DNA of 64,000 nt from an uncultured Rivularia sp. (lineage in GTDB: Bacteria > Cyanobacteriota > Cyanobacteriia > Cyanobacteriales > Nostocaceae). Positions 48,673 through 57,355 of this stretch are shown in pieces. The position numbers were made by a program, and so were the translations under genes. Within the stretch, counting starts at the first letter, position 1. Each line of letters begins with the position of its first letter. The notes under the pieces are model-generated. The model was not told where the DNA came from. It ran no database searches and saw nothing but the letters and a program-made list of their open reading frames with translations. Location of the stretch: NCBI GenBank assembly GCA_963665115.1, contig OY762007.1, forward strand, positions 3,872,001 through 3,936,000, read 5' to 3'.

Positions 48673-51066
48673 TTAACAAGAACTCTTTAACGGAATTGAG
48701 ACGATAAACTTTGTGCCCACTCCAACTTCACTTGTAACATTAATCTCACCTTGAAGCATCTCTACGCACTTTTTAACAATCGACAATCCCAATCCTGTCC
48801 CCTGAATATTACCTACATTTTTACATCTATGAAAGGAATCAAATAAAGATGGTAAATCTTCAGAAGGAATACCTATACCTTCATCTTGAATTTCAAATAC
48901 TGCTTGCGATTCTTGAGAATAAAGAGTAAACTTAACAGTCGTATTGGGTTTAGAATATTTAATTGCATTAGAGAGTAAATTATTTAAAATATGTGATAAT
49001 ATTTTTTCATCAAAGTATCCACTAAGTTTAGTTTCGTTCGTAATAAACTGGATATTTTTGTTAGATTGATCTATTTTTTTTGTATCTTGATTAATTTGCA
49101 CATCCTCTATTAATTGGCGGGTATATTCAACTAGGTCTAACTTTTCGGGATTAAAATCAAGTTTATCTGCTTCAGCTTTGCCGAAAAATAACACATCATT
49201 TAATAAATTAATCATGTGTTCAACTGCATTCTTAATTCGATTAAAATGCTTTATCTGCTTTTCTTCGTCCCACTTATTACGGTAGTTTTCCAGCAACTCT
49301 GCTGAAGAAAGAATAGTACTTAAAGGAGTGCGAAATTCATGAGAAGTCATGGAAACAAAACTATTTTTAAGTTCGTTAACTTCCTTTTCTTTATCTAAAG
49401 CTAGTTTTAAATCTTCTTCTAGTTGTTTGCGTTCGCTAATATCAATACGATAACCAATAATTTCTAAAAGATTATCTGCGTCATCTTTTACTAATTTTGA
49501 TTGTTCGTATATCCAAATATAATGACCATTTTTATGCAAAAAACGGTACTCTAGGCTGACTTTTTCATGAATAAATATTTTTGCTACCCCTGCAATGAAT
49601 AGCTGTATGTCTTCTGGATGAATATGACTTATCCAGAAATTAGAATCGCAGAGAATATCTTCCGCGTGGAAACCCGTTATCTCAACGATATTATCAGTGA
49701 TAAAAGTAACTGCATAGTTTTCATGAATTTCTGAACTATATATTACCCCGGTGCTGGAAAAGAGCATATATTGTAATTTCTCTTGTGTTATTAAAAGCGA
49801 CATTTCCATTTGCTTGCGCTTAGTAACATCAGTTTGCATACAGATATAATGAGTTACTCTGTTATCCCGATTAAAAACTGGAGAAATACTCAATTGTGAC
49901 CACAATTCTCTACCATCTCGACAGTAATTATTTAAGGTTAGGTTGCAGTGCTTTGAAGAAAGGTTATATTGTGACTTCAATAGTTGATTAATTTCTGAAT
50001 TTAAATTTTTAATAAAATAATTTTTAGATTCAGAGCCATCCAATATACTATCACTACAGATGCGTTCAAATTCTGGATTAGCATAAACAATTGGTTTAGA
50101 AGCTAGCCGAACATCATAAATTGCTATACCATTCCTACTAGCATTAAAAGCTCTATTTTTTAATCGTAAAGCTTCTTGTCTTTTTACTTTTTCGGTAATA
50201 TTGGTATAAATGCCGAATGTGCCAATAGTTTTACCCATAGCATTTTGGATTGCATTTATTCGTACATTAATATAGAGTACATCACCTTTATAGTTTGTAA
50301 ATTCTAATTCGTTATGCCACGATTCACCTGTTTCTATCGTTGCGAATAGTTCTTGATATTGTGCCGGATCTTTCCATAGGAATGACAATCCTCCTGATGC
50401 ATTTAATTTGTCACTGGTATAGTTAAATATTTTAGTAAAGCTTGAATTTAAACAAGTTATATTACCTGCTATATCTGTAATAACAATACCCTCTATACTA
50501 CTTTCTATAACTTGCTGAAAATCGGTAATTTTCTCGATATTCTTTTTATCTTTAATTTTATTTTTTGAATATAACTTTTTTTGTTTTTTGTCGCTTACTT
50601 GTTCCGCTTCCGTTATTTTTGACTGATAATCTTTGAGTAACAAATAAGTAATTGTTTCAGGTGTAATAGAACCTATTAGTTGCTCTTTTTCATCTTCAAC
50701 TAATATTGGCTCTTTTTGATCGGCAACAAGTTGCAATATTGACTTAGTATCTTGAAGTTGAGAATATTTAATCTTAATTGCTGGAAACCTCATGACTTCA
50801 GTAATTTTACTGCTTCTTAAATCAACTTGCGACTTCACAACCTGCAACACATCTTCCCATGAAAACGAACCTACAACCCGCCAGCTTTCAACGACCAAAA
50901 TATATTGTGCCAGTGGTTGATATTGATTCATCAATGCAATGGCATCCCAAATAGTTGCTTCTATTCCTACAGTTGGTGGAGTGTAATCAATTAAGTCTTC
51001 TAAAGGTAGTAAAGAGAAAGCTGGTGAGGCAGTTTGCATAAATTTATAAGAAAATAGTTCTGACAA
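48673..51066 (-). CDS. Sensor histidine kinase CBS-PAS-PAS-PAS-HisKA-HATPase
   Basis: CBS-like N-terminus, three PAS/PAC domains, SHEFRTPL, NLLSNAIKY and GTGLGL. Confidence 0.92.
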   Translation of the reverse strand: MSELFSYKFMQTASPAFSLLPLEDLIDYTPPTVGIEATIWDAIALMNQYQPLAQYILVVESWRVVGSFSWEDVLQVVKSQVDLRSSKITEVMRFPAIKIKYSQLQDTKSILQLVADQKEPILVEDEKEQLIGSITPETITYLLLKDYQSKITEAEQVSDKKQKKLYSKNKIKDKKNIEKITDFQQVIESSIEGIVITDIAGNITCLNSSFTKIFNYTSDKLNASGGLSFLWKDPAQYQELFATIETGESWHNELEFTNYKGDVLYINVRINAIQNAMGKTIGTFGIYTNITEKVKRQEALRLKNRAFNASRNGIAIYDVRLASKPIVYANPEFERICSDSILDGSESKNYFIKNLNSEINQLLKSQYNLSSKHCNLTLNNYCRDGRELWSQLSISPVFNRDNRVTHYICMQTDVTKRKQMEMSLLITQEKLQYMLFSSTGVIYSSEIHENYAVTFITDNIVEITGFHAEDILCDSNFWISHIHPEDIQLFIAGVAKIFIHEKVSLEYRFLHKNGHYIWIYEQSKLVKDDADNLLEIIGYRIDISERKQLEEDLKLALDKEKEVNELKNSFVSMTSHEFRTPLSTILSSAELLENYRNKWDEEKQIKHFNRIKNAVEHMINLLNDVLFFGKAEADKLDFNPEKLDLVEYTRQLIEDVQINQDTKKIDQSNKNIQFITNETKLSGYFDEKILSHILNNLLSNAIKYSKPNTTVKFTLYSQESQAVFEIQDEGIGIPSEDLPSLFDSFHRCKNVGNIQGTGLGLSIVKKCVEMLQGEINVTSEVGVGTKFIVSIPLKSSC

Positions 51067-51260
51067 TATTTCTTTGGGAGAGTCGTTTTAGCAAAACCCC
51101 TTTTCATATTTTTGTCTCTCAAAGGTGATAATAACTGGGGTATAAATACTGAAATATAGGGTTACTTAGTATAAATCTGTTAGCGAGGGTGCCCTAAGTT
51201 CTGTCTTTAAAGGCAGTAAGAAAGGCAAAATATTAATAAAGCAGAAGCAGAAGTTCCATT

Positions 51261-51314
51261 AAAAAACCGCAACCATTGTTCGAGTTATCGTTTGCAGCAT
51301 GGTTGCGGTAAAAA
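51261..51314 (-). terminator. Putative terminator hairpin after the cyclophilin gene
   Basis: 11-bp inverted repeat ACCGCAACCAT/ATGGTTGCGGT with a T run on the minus strand. The loop is long. Confidence 0.5.
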
Positions 51315-51360
51315 GTCGCCCGGTTACAAAAACCGTAACAAAGCCTTCAAAACTAATTAT

Positions 51361-52467
51361 CTATGCATTAGAGGGTTCTACCAAATTCTCAATTCCTTGA
51401 ACAACTTTGGCTGATTCGATTTTGTCCCCTTGTTTGATTTTTTCCAAAATTTCTTTCCCTTCAGTCACATAACCAAAGACGGAATAACGTCCATCTAGCA
51501 AGTTACGTCCAGCTGGAGTAAGTTCGGGTTCAAACAGAAAGAAGAAAAATTGGGAAGAACCTCCGTTAACTTCGGTTTCTGGACGAGCCATTGCTACTGC
51601 ACCATAAGAAGAGAAAGGTAGAACTGGCATTTCAGTGTAAAGTCCAGCTTCTTCGAGAGTAGTGCCGTAAATAGGCTCTTTATCGCCCTCTACAAGCACT
51701 TCCATCGGTATGGCACGATATTCGCCAGTTTTTGGGTCAACAAAACCGACATCTTTACCTGGTGGATCTCCAGCTTGCAGTACATAAAAATCTTCAGCAC
51801 GTAAGAATTCTAAGCCGTCGTAAAATCCTCGTTGCACTAAATCTAAAAAGTTGCCAGCAGTTACAGGAGCGCTGTAACCATCTAAAACAACTTCAACGTC
51901 TCCTTTGCTAGTTTTGACTTCTACTGTGGCACGTCCTTTTAATTGAGGTAAGTTACTATATTCTGCGGGTACTTCATAGGGAAAACCCGTCACCATAGAT
52001 TCTTCAAGCTGGCTTACCAAATCCAAAAGCTTGGCTCGCTCTATCCAAGTTTCTTCTTTATCTTTAGTTTTTGCTACTTCTTGGAGCTTTTCTACACCAG
52101 TTTGCAATTCGTTAATCCAAATAGAAGCTTGCTGTTGATTTTCTTCGGGAACGCTTGCGAGTATTTTCTCTGGTTTACTAAGAGTGCGGGAAGCCGTTTT
52201 TAAGTCATTCTTAATAGCTCCCCAACGTCTGTTAGCACGTAACTGGGTAGCAATATCTTCCAAACTTTTCTGCAATTTCCGCACTGGTTCGTTATCTATT
52301 GGAAGTGCATACCGTAATAAAGCTTTACCATCGGTAATCGCATTTCCTGCCGGTAAAGCAGCAATACTGGAAGAAGTCCATCCAGTTGTACTTATTCCTA
52401 TAAATAGCGCTACCAGTAGCAATGTAATTAGACTATTCTTCAAAGAAGATTTTAATAAGTTGAACAT
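51361..52467 (-). CDS. Thylakoid-lumen cyclophilin-type PPIase (CYP38/TLP40-like)
   Basis: Signal peptide, ALLRYALPI helical domain, DGYSAPVTAGNF, GAVAMAR and SQFF. Confidence 0.92.
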   Translation of the reverse strand: MFNLLKSSLKNSLITLLLVALFIGISTTGWTSSSIAALPAGNAITDGKALLRYALPIDNEPVRKLQKSLEDIATQLRANRRWGAIKNDLKTASRTLSKPEKILASVPEENQQQASIWINELQTGVEKLQEVAKTKDKEETWIERAKLLDLVSQLEESMVTGFPYEVPAEYSNLPQLKGRATVEVKTSKGDVEVVLDGYSAPVTAGNFLDLVQRGFYDGLEFLRAEDFYVLQAGDPPGKDVGFVDPKTGEYRAIPMEVLVEGDKEPIYGTTLEEAGLYTEMPVLPFSSYGAVAMARPETEVNGGSSQFFFFLFEPELTPAGRNLLDGRYSVFGYVTEGKEILEKIKQGDKIESAKVVQGIENLVEPSNA

Positions 52468-52694
52468 GGAATCTAAGAATGCAACATCAATTTTTTTAGA
52501 TTTCGTCGTAACCTATCAACAATCTTCCCACAGTACAGGAAGCAGAGGAAGCAGAGGAAGCGGAGGAAGCTGAGGAAGCGATATATTTAATAGAACTCTA
52601 TCGGGGATTAATAACCACCGATTAAAATTGATAATATTTGTCCAAAATTGCCCAAAAATTTATTTAAACGAATTGGAGTCCTAAAAAATCATCA

Positions 52695-53168
52695 ATGAGC
52701 AAAGATAAAAACACTCAAGGTTTCAAGGTAATTGCTGACAACCGTCAAGCCCGTTATTTATATGAAATTCTGGAAACCTACGAAGCTGGAATTCAGCTAA
52801 CGGGAACCGAAGTCAAGTCTATTCGGGCTGGTAAAGCTAACCTTCAAGACGGCTATGCATCAATTCGTGATAACGAAGCATGGCTTTTAAACGTACATAT
52901 TTCACCCCACAACACTAGCGGACAATACTTTAATCACGAACCCCGTAGAAGCCGCAAACTTCTACTTCATCGCGACGAGATTCGCAAGCTGATTGGAAAA
53001 ACCGAACAGCAAGGTTTAACTTTAGTACCTTTAAAAATGTACTTAAAAAATGGTTGGGTAAAAATCAGTATAGCCCTTGGTAAAGGTAAGAAAATCCACG
53101 ACAAGCGAGAAACCATCAAGAAACGTCAAGATCAGCGTGAAATGCAACGTGCAATGAAAAATTATTAA
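52695..53168 (+). CDS. smpB: SsrA-binding protein
   Basis: NRQAR..Y, EAGIQLTGTEVKSIR, RKLLLH and GKKIHDKR. Confidence 0.97.
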   Translation: MSKDKNTQGFKVIADNRQARYLYEILETYEAGIQLTGTEVKSIRAGKANLQDGYASIRDNEAWLLNVHISPHNTSGQYFNHEPRRSRKLLLHRDEIRKLIGKTEQQGLTLVPLKMYLKNGWVKISIALGKGKKIHDKRETIKKRQDQREMQRAMKNY

Positions 53169-53284
53169 GGTAGGGAATGGGTAATGGGTAATAGGGATAA
53201 TTTCACAATGCAGGAATTATCCCAGCTTGTTGGTTAGCGGCTTTTAAGTCTTAATCTAAAATCCAAAATCCAAAATTGGTCGAG

Positions 53285-53689
53285 CTATTCTACTAGATAG
53301 CTATGCCAAGTTGAGGTATTTTCATTACTTCCGGGAGGAAGCAGTAATCTCCAGGTTTTGCCTTCTCTTTGAAGTTGTAAGTAAATGTCAAAAGTTTTTT
53401 GTGGTTGCTCTATACTTCGTTTTGGCAACTTCAAATTTAAATCGTAAATTCCCTGCATTCGGAAAGCTGGTAAATGCTCAACCGTCATCAGCTTCCGCTG
53501 CTTAATTGATAAATGATTGATTTCAAGTTCGCGAAAATCCAAATTTAAGCTTTGCCTCAGTTGCTGTTGCGTTTCCTGCATCGAAAGAGCGATCGCCTTT
53601 TTCACTAAATTTTTATTCGGTGATGGCGTACCAAAACTACAAGCTGTTAATAAGGCCAACAAAATTATCGTTAAAACCAGTCTTACCAT
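53285..53689 (-). CDS. Conserved hypothetical lipoprotein
   Basis: Lipobox LTAC and FDIYLQLQREGKTWRLL. Confidence 0.75.
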   Translation of the reverse strand: MVRLVLTIILLALLTACSFGTPSPNKNLVKKAIALSMQETQQQLRQSLNLDFRELEINHLSIKQRKLMTVEHLPAFRMQGIYDLNLKLPKRSIEQPQKTFDIYLQLQREGKTWRLLLPPGSNENTSTWHSYLVE

Positions 53690-54019
53690 TTGAGTTAGAA
53701 GTTAGTTGCTTACAGAGTTATGAATTAAAAATTAAAAATTAAAAATTAAAAATTCGTATTTAGGAATTAGAAACAAGGAGTTATAAGTAAGTTGTAGCGT
53801 ATTTAGTTTTTATGTTGCTAGTGGGTAAGATGCCCGCACTACAAGCTTTTCATGAAAACAAAATAATCAATCTAAAAAGATTTTTAATCTATGAGTTAGA
53901 AATTAAAAATTATATACCCCTTGTCTCCTTGTCTCCTTGTCTCCTTGTCTCCTTGTCTCCCTATCCCTCAATCTCCTTCTTCACTGAAAACTGTTCACTG
54001 AAAACTGAAAACTGATTCT

Positions 54020-55021
54020 ATGCAAATAAAAGAAATTGGCGAGCAAGGACTTTTAAAAATATTGCAGCGCTTCTGTCCTCCAGATATTGTCGGAGATGAT
54101 GGAGCAGTATTACCAACCGCTGCCGGAAAATTTTTGGTAGTAACGACAGATGTATTAATTGATAAAGTTCACTTCAGCGAAACTACTACTTCCCCGTCAG
54201 ATGTTGGTTGGCGAGCAGCGGCTGCGAATCTTTCCGATCTAGCTGCAATGGGAGCTTCACCGTTAGGAATTACCGTTGGCTTAGGGCTTCCCGGAGATAC
54301 TGCCGTAAATTGGGTAGAAGATTTATACCAAGGTATGACCCAATGCTTACAAGAATATAATACACCGATTGTTGGCGGTGACATAGTGCGATCGCCAGTT
54401 ACAACTGTAGCGATTACGGCTTTCGGACAAGTTTCTGAGCAGCTTACTATTCGTCGCAATAAAGCCAAGGTGGGAGACGTAATTGTCGTTACGGGTTGTC
54501 ATGGGGCTTCTCGCGGAGGTTTGGAATTGCTGCTCAATCCCGATTTAAAAACAAGTTTGGGCGCATACGATAGGGAGGCTTTAATTAAAGCACATCAACG
54601 ACCAAAACCACGTTTGGATGTTTTACCAATTCTCTGGAAAATTGTTGATTCCTCCAACGTCGTAGATATCTGTGGAATGGATAGCAGCGACGGTTTAGCA
54701 GATGCAGTTTTACAAGTTTGCCAATGCAGTCAAGTTGGTGCAGTTGTTGAAGCGTCTCAGATTCCCTTACATAAGGCTTTTGAAAATTGGTTAACACCTG
54801 AACTTGCTTTACAATATGCTCTCTATGGTGGCGAAGATTTTGAGTTGCTACTTTGCTTACCCCAACAAGCGGCAACTGAATTAGTACAAAGGCTCGGTAA
54901 TGGTGCGGCGGTAATTGGAATGATTACCGATAGCGATCGAGTGTTATTGCACGATAAATACCAGAAAATTCCCGACCAAGTTTTGAACTTAAATCGGGGA
55001 TTTCAACATTTTACCAATTAA
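54020..55021 (+). CDS. thiL: Thiamine-monophosphate kinase
   Basis: GDD.A, NLSDLAAMGA, GGD, DSSDGL and GGEDFEL. Confidence 0.96.
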   Translation: MQIKEIGEQGLLKILQRFCPPDIVGDDGAVLPTAAGKFLVVTTDVLIDKVHFSETTTSPSDVGWRAAAANLSDLAAMGASPLGITVGLGLPGDTAVNWVEDLYQGMTQCLQEYNTPIVGGDIVRSPVTTVAITAFGQVSEQLTIRRNKAKVGDVIVVTGCHGASRGGLELLLNPDLKTSLGAYDREALIKAHQRPKPRLDVLPILWKIVDSSNVVDICGMDSSDGLADAVLQVCQCSQVGAVVEASQIPLHKAFENWLTPELALQYALYGGEDFELLLCLPQQAATELVQRLGNGAAVIGMITDSDRVLLHDKYQKIPDQVLNLNRGFQHFTN

Positions 55022-55093
55022 CAACTAAGAGTATTAGCTAAGAGGAAGAGATATAAAGTTTTGAATCTAAAACTCATAATTCCTAACTCAATA

Positions 55094-55245
55094 ACAGACG
55101 TAGCACTACTCCGCCACATTAATTATGAGGGGTAACACATTCGTAGTGGGAGCGTCTCGCTCCCTCGTGACAAGCAGCGAGCTTTCCGGCTCGCACTCCC
55201 CGAACCCCTTATAACTTATGAGGTCAAGTACTGCTACGTCTGTAC
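55094..55245. repeat. Nested REP element between convergent thiL and gap2
   Basis: Outer ACAGACGTAGCA/TGCTACGTCTGT, middle TTATGAGGGG/CCCCTTATAA, inner GTAGTGGGAGCGTCTCGCTCCC doublet. Confidence 0.7.
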
Positions 55246-55249
55246 ATTT

Positions 55250-56269
55250 TTAGCTATTCCACTTCTGAGCAACTAATTCAGCCAAATCAACAACGCGCTG
55301 AGAGTAACCCCATTCGTTGTCGTACCAAGCCATAACCTTAACCATGTCGCCACCCATAACCATCGTCAAGCTGGCATCTACAATCGAAGAGGTATCGCTA
55401 CCTTTATAGTCAGATGAAACTAAAGGTAAATCGCTATAACCCAAAAACCCTTTTAATTCGTTTTCAGAAGCATTTTTGAAAGCTTGGTTAAGTTCTTCAG
55501 CAATGGTAGGTTTCTCAACTTGGACTACGAAATCTACCATCGAAACGTTGGGAGTAGGAACTCGTAATGCAACACCATTGAGTTTTCCTTTAAGCGATGG
55601 TAGCACTAACGCTACTGCTTTTGCCGCACCAGTAGAAGTCGGTACAATATTCATTGCTGCCGCTCTTGCACGTCGCACGTCTCGGTGAGAAGCGTCAAGT
55701 AAGCGTTGATCTCCCGTGTAGCTGTGAGTAGTAGTCATCGTACCTTTGATGATGCCAAACTTTTCATCCAACACTTTAGCTATAGGAGCCAAGCAGTTAG
55801 TGGTACAGCTAGCGTTACTAACCACGTCATACTTGGAAGGATCGTAATCTTGATGATTTACTCCCATTACGAAAGTTCCAACGTTACCGCCCTTTCCAGG
55901 AGCGGTAATTACAACCTTTTTAGCTCCAGCCTTAATATGCTTTCTTGCCCCTTCTTCAGTGACAAACACCCCTGTTGATTCGATCACAAGGTCAATATCC
56001 CACTCTTTCCAGGGCAAGTTTTCTGGATTACGGTCAGATACACATTTTATTGTTTTACCGTTTACTGTAATCGAATTATCATCCGCTGAAATGTCAGCAT
56101 TTTTTAAATTGCCTAGCATCGTGTCATACGTCAGCAAATGAGCATTCGTTCTGGGGTCTGAGGTATCGTTAATAGCAACAACTTCAAGGTTACTATTTTC
56201 TCTCGTCATCCAACAGCGCATAAAGTTACGTCCGATGCGACCGAAACCATTAATTGCAACTCTAACCAC
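55250..56269 (-). CDS. gap2: Type I glyceraldehyde-3-phosphate dehydrogenase, NAD(P) Calvin-cycle type
   Basis: [18 protein letters not shown] and the Gap2/GapA S-loop [12 protein letters not shown]. Confidence 0.95.
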   Translation of the reverse strand: MVRVAINGFGRIGRNFMRCWMTRENSNLEVVAINDTSDPRTNAHLLTYDTMLGNLKNADISADDNSITVNGKTIKCVSDRNPENLPWKEWDIDLVIESTGVFVTEEGARKHIKAGAKKVVITAPGKGGNVGTFVMGVNHQDYDPSKYDVVSNASCTTNCLAPIAKVLDEKFGIIKGTMTTTHSYTGDQRLLDASHRDVRRARAAAMNIVPTSTGAAKAVALVLPSLKGKLNGVALRVPTPNVSMVDFVVQVEKPTIAEELNQAFKNASENELKGFLGYSDLPLVSSDYKGSDTSSIVDASLTMVMGGDMVKVMAWYDNEWGYSQRVVDLAELVAQKWNS

Positions 56270-56399
56270 AGGTCTTGCCCTCTGTATTTATGTCTAAACA
56301 GTGCTTATTTATGACCTCGATCATATCGCAAAGGGGGGAGTATTAATAACTATGCAGCGTTATATTCATAAAAAACTTGATAAATTATCCCGATTAGCT

Positions 56400-57023
56400 G
56401 TTGCGAACACCGAGATTAGCGATATGGGTTTTGACAAATTCCGCAACTAAACCCAAGAACAAACTAGTAAATTAAACGTAAGTTACGAATACCACTTGAC
56501 GAAACTCTTTCTTGAGAGGTATGTATTAATTGGCAGTACGTGGTATGCACGCAATTATCCAGTTGTTGCTCTAGTCGCTTGCAGATTGAGTCGGATTGAG
56601 TTATATTCACACCACTTGAGGATAGAACTGCACTAAGCAAATTACACAATTGAGTTAATTACAAGCGCCTGAATATCACAAAGAAAGGCTAGAAAAATAC
56701 TACTACCAGCAGTTTGATGATATCTGTATTTAGATACAAAGAACTATCTGTTGGCTTGGCATGATAGTAGCAGTAGATTTTCAATTAATTGTTTGCTATC
56801 AGTAACGAAATACAAGAAAGGCACTATGATTTTAGTCGCTTATAAGAAGCAAAATCTATATCCGAATATTTGCTCAACTATGGCGCAGGTTATAAATTAA
56901 TGAAGATTCGGATACCTAAATTACCTTTTTGCTCTGTAGACCAAAACAAAGTTGTTTCGACTACATAAAAGCAATGTCTTTCATTCGTATTTTCGTTAAA
57001 GCCAATTTTTAAAATTCATGCAT
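56400..57023 (-). pseudogene. nadD: Heavily decayed nicotinate-nucleotide adenylyltransferase
   Basis: Collinear fragments RHCFYVVETTL, KVI*VS, NHSAFLV, LYLNT, L*YSG, LTQLCNLL, QSDSICKRLEQQL, VSSSGIRN and LVAEFVKTHIAN follow the motif order of cyanobacterial NadD as I recall it. Confidence 0.6.
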
Positions 57024-57326
57024 ATGAATTTTATCTAGATGCAAGTCTTCTTTCACGACTGGGGTAGTATTGTAAACAATTGCCTTTTCTAATTGACAAA
57101 GATGTATTGTGAATTACAATTGTTTATTTCCAGATTATGCTTCTATTCTCAGAAGAAACATAATAATAGTTTGGAAAGAGAAAAAATGCCATCCGGGGTT
57201 AAAATCTTTGCGGAACAACTAAAATGAGTGCAACAAATCTATTCTTTAAATATGAAATAAAATATACAGGGTTATTATCAGTACAAGTACAATTGTTGGT
57301 ACGATGCGCGTGTTAAAAGTGTTAAT

Positions 57327-57348
57327 GGTGTGGTGTGGTGTCAGAGGA
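57327..57348 (+). promoter_or_regulatory. Putative Yfr1 sRNA target site overlapping the murC RBS
   Basis: GTGTGGTGT-CA-GAGGA lies just upstream of ATG 57356 and is complementary to the Yfr1 loop UCCUCACACCACAC. Confidence 0.55.
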
Positions 57349-57355
57349 AAATAAG

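Noticed and set aside
52538..53280. tmRNA (ssrA) beside smpB
   Set aside because: No tRNA-like ends or tag-peptide frame were seen, and the flanks are tandem repeats.
56692..56782. Long imperfect hairpin suggesting an ncRNA
   Set aside because: Pairing is weak and AT-rich, and the stretch is better explained as part of the nadD relic.
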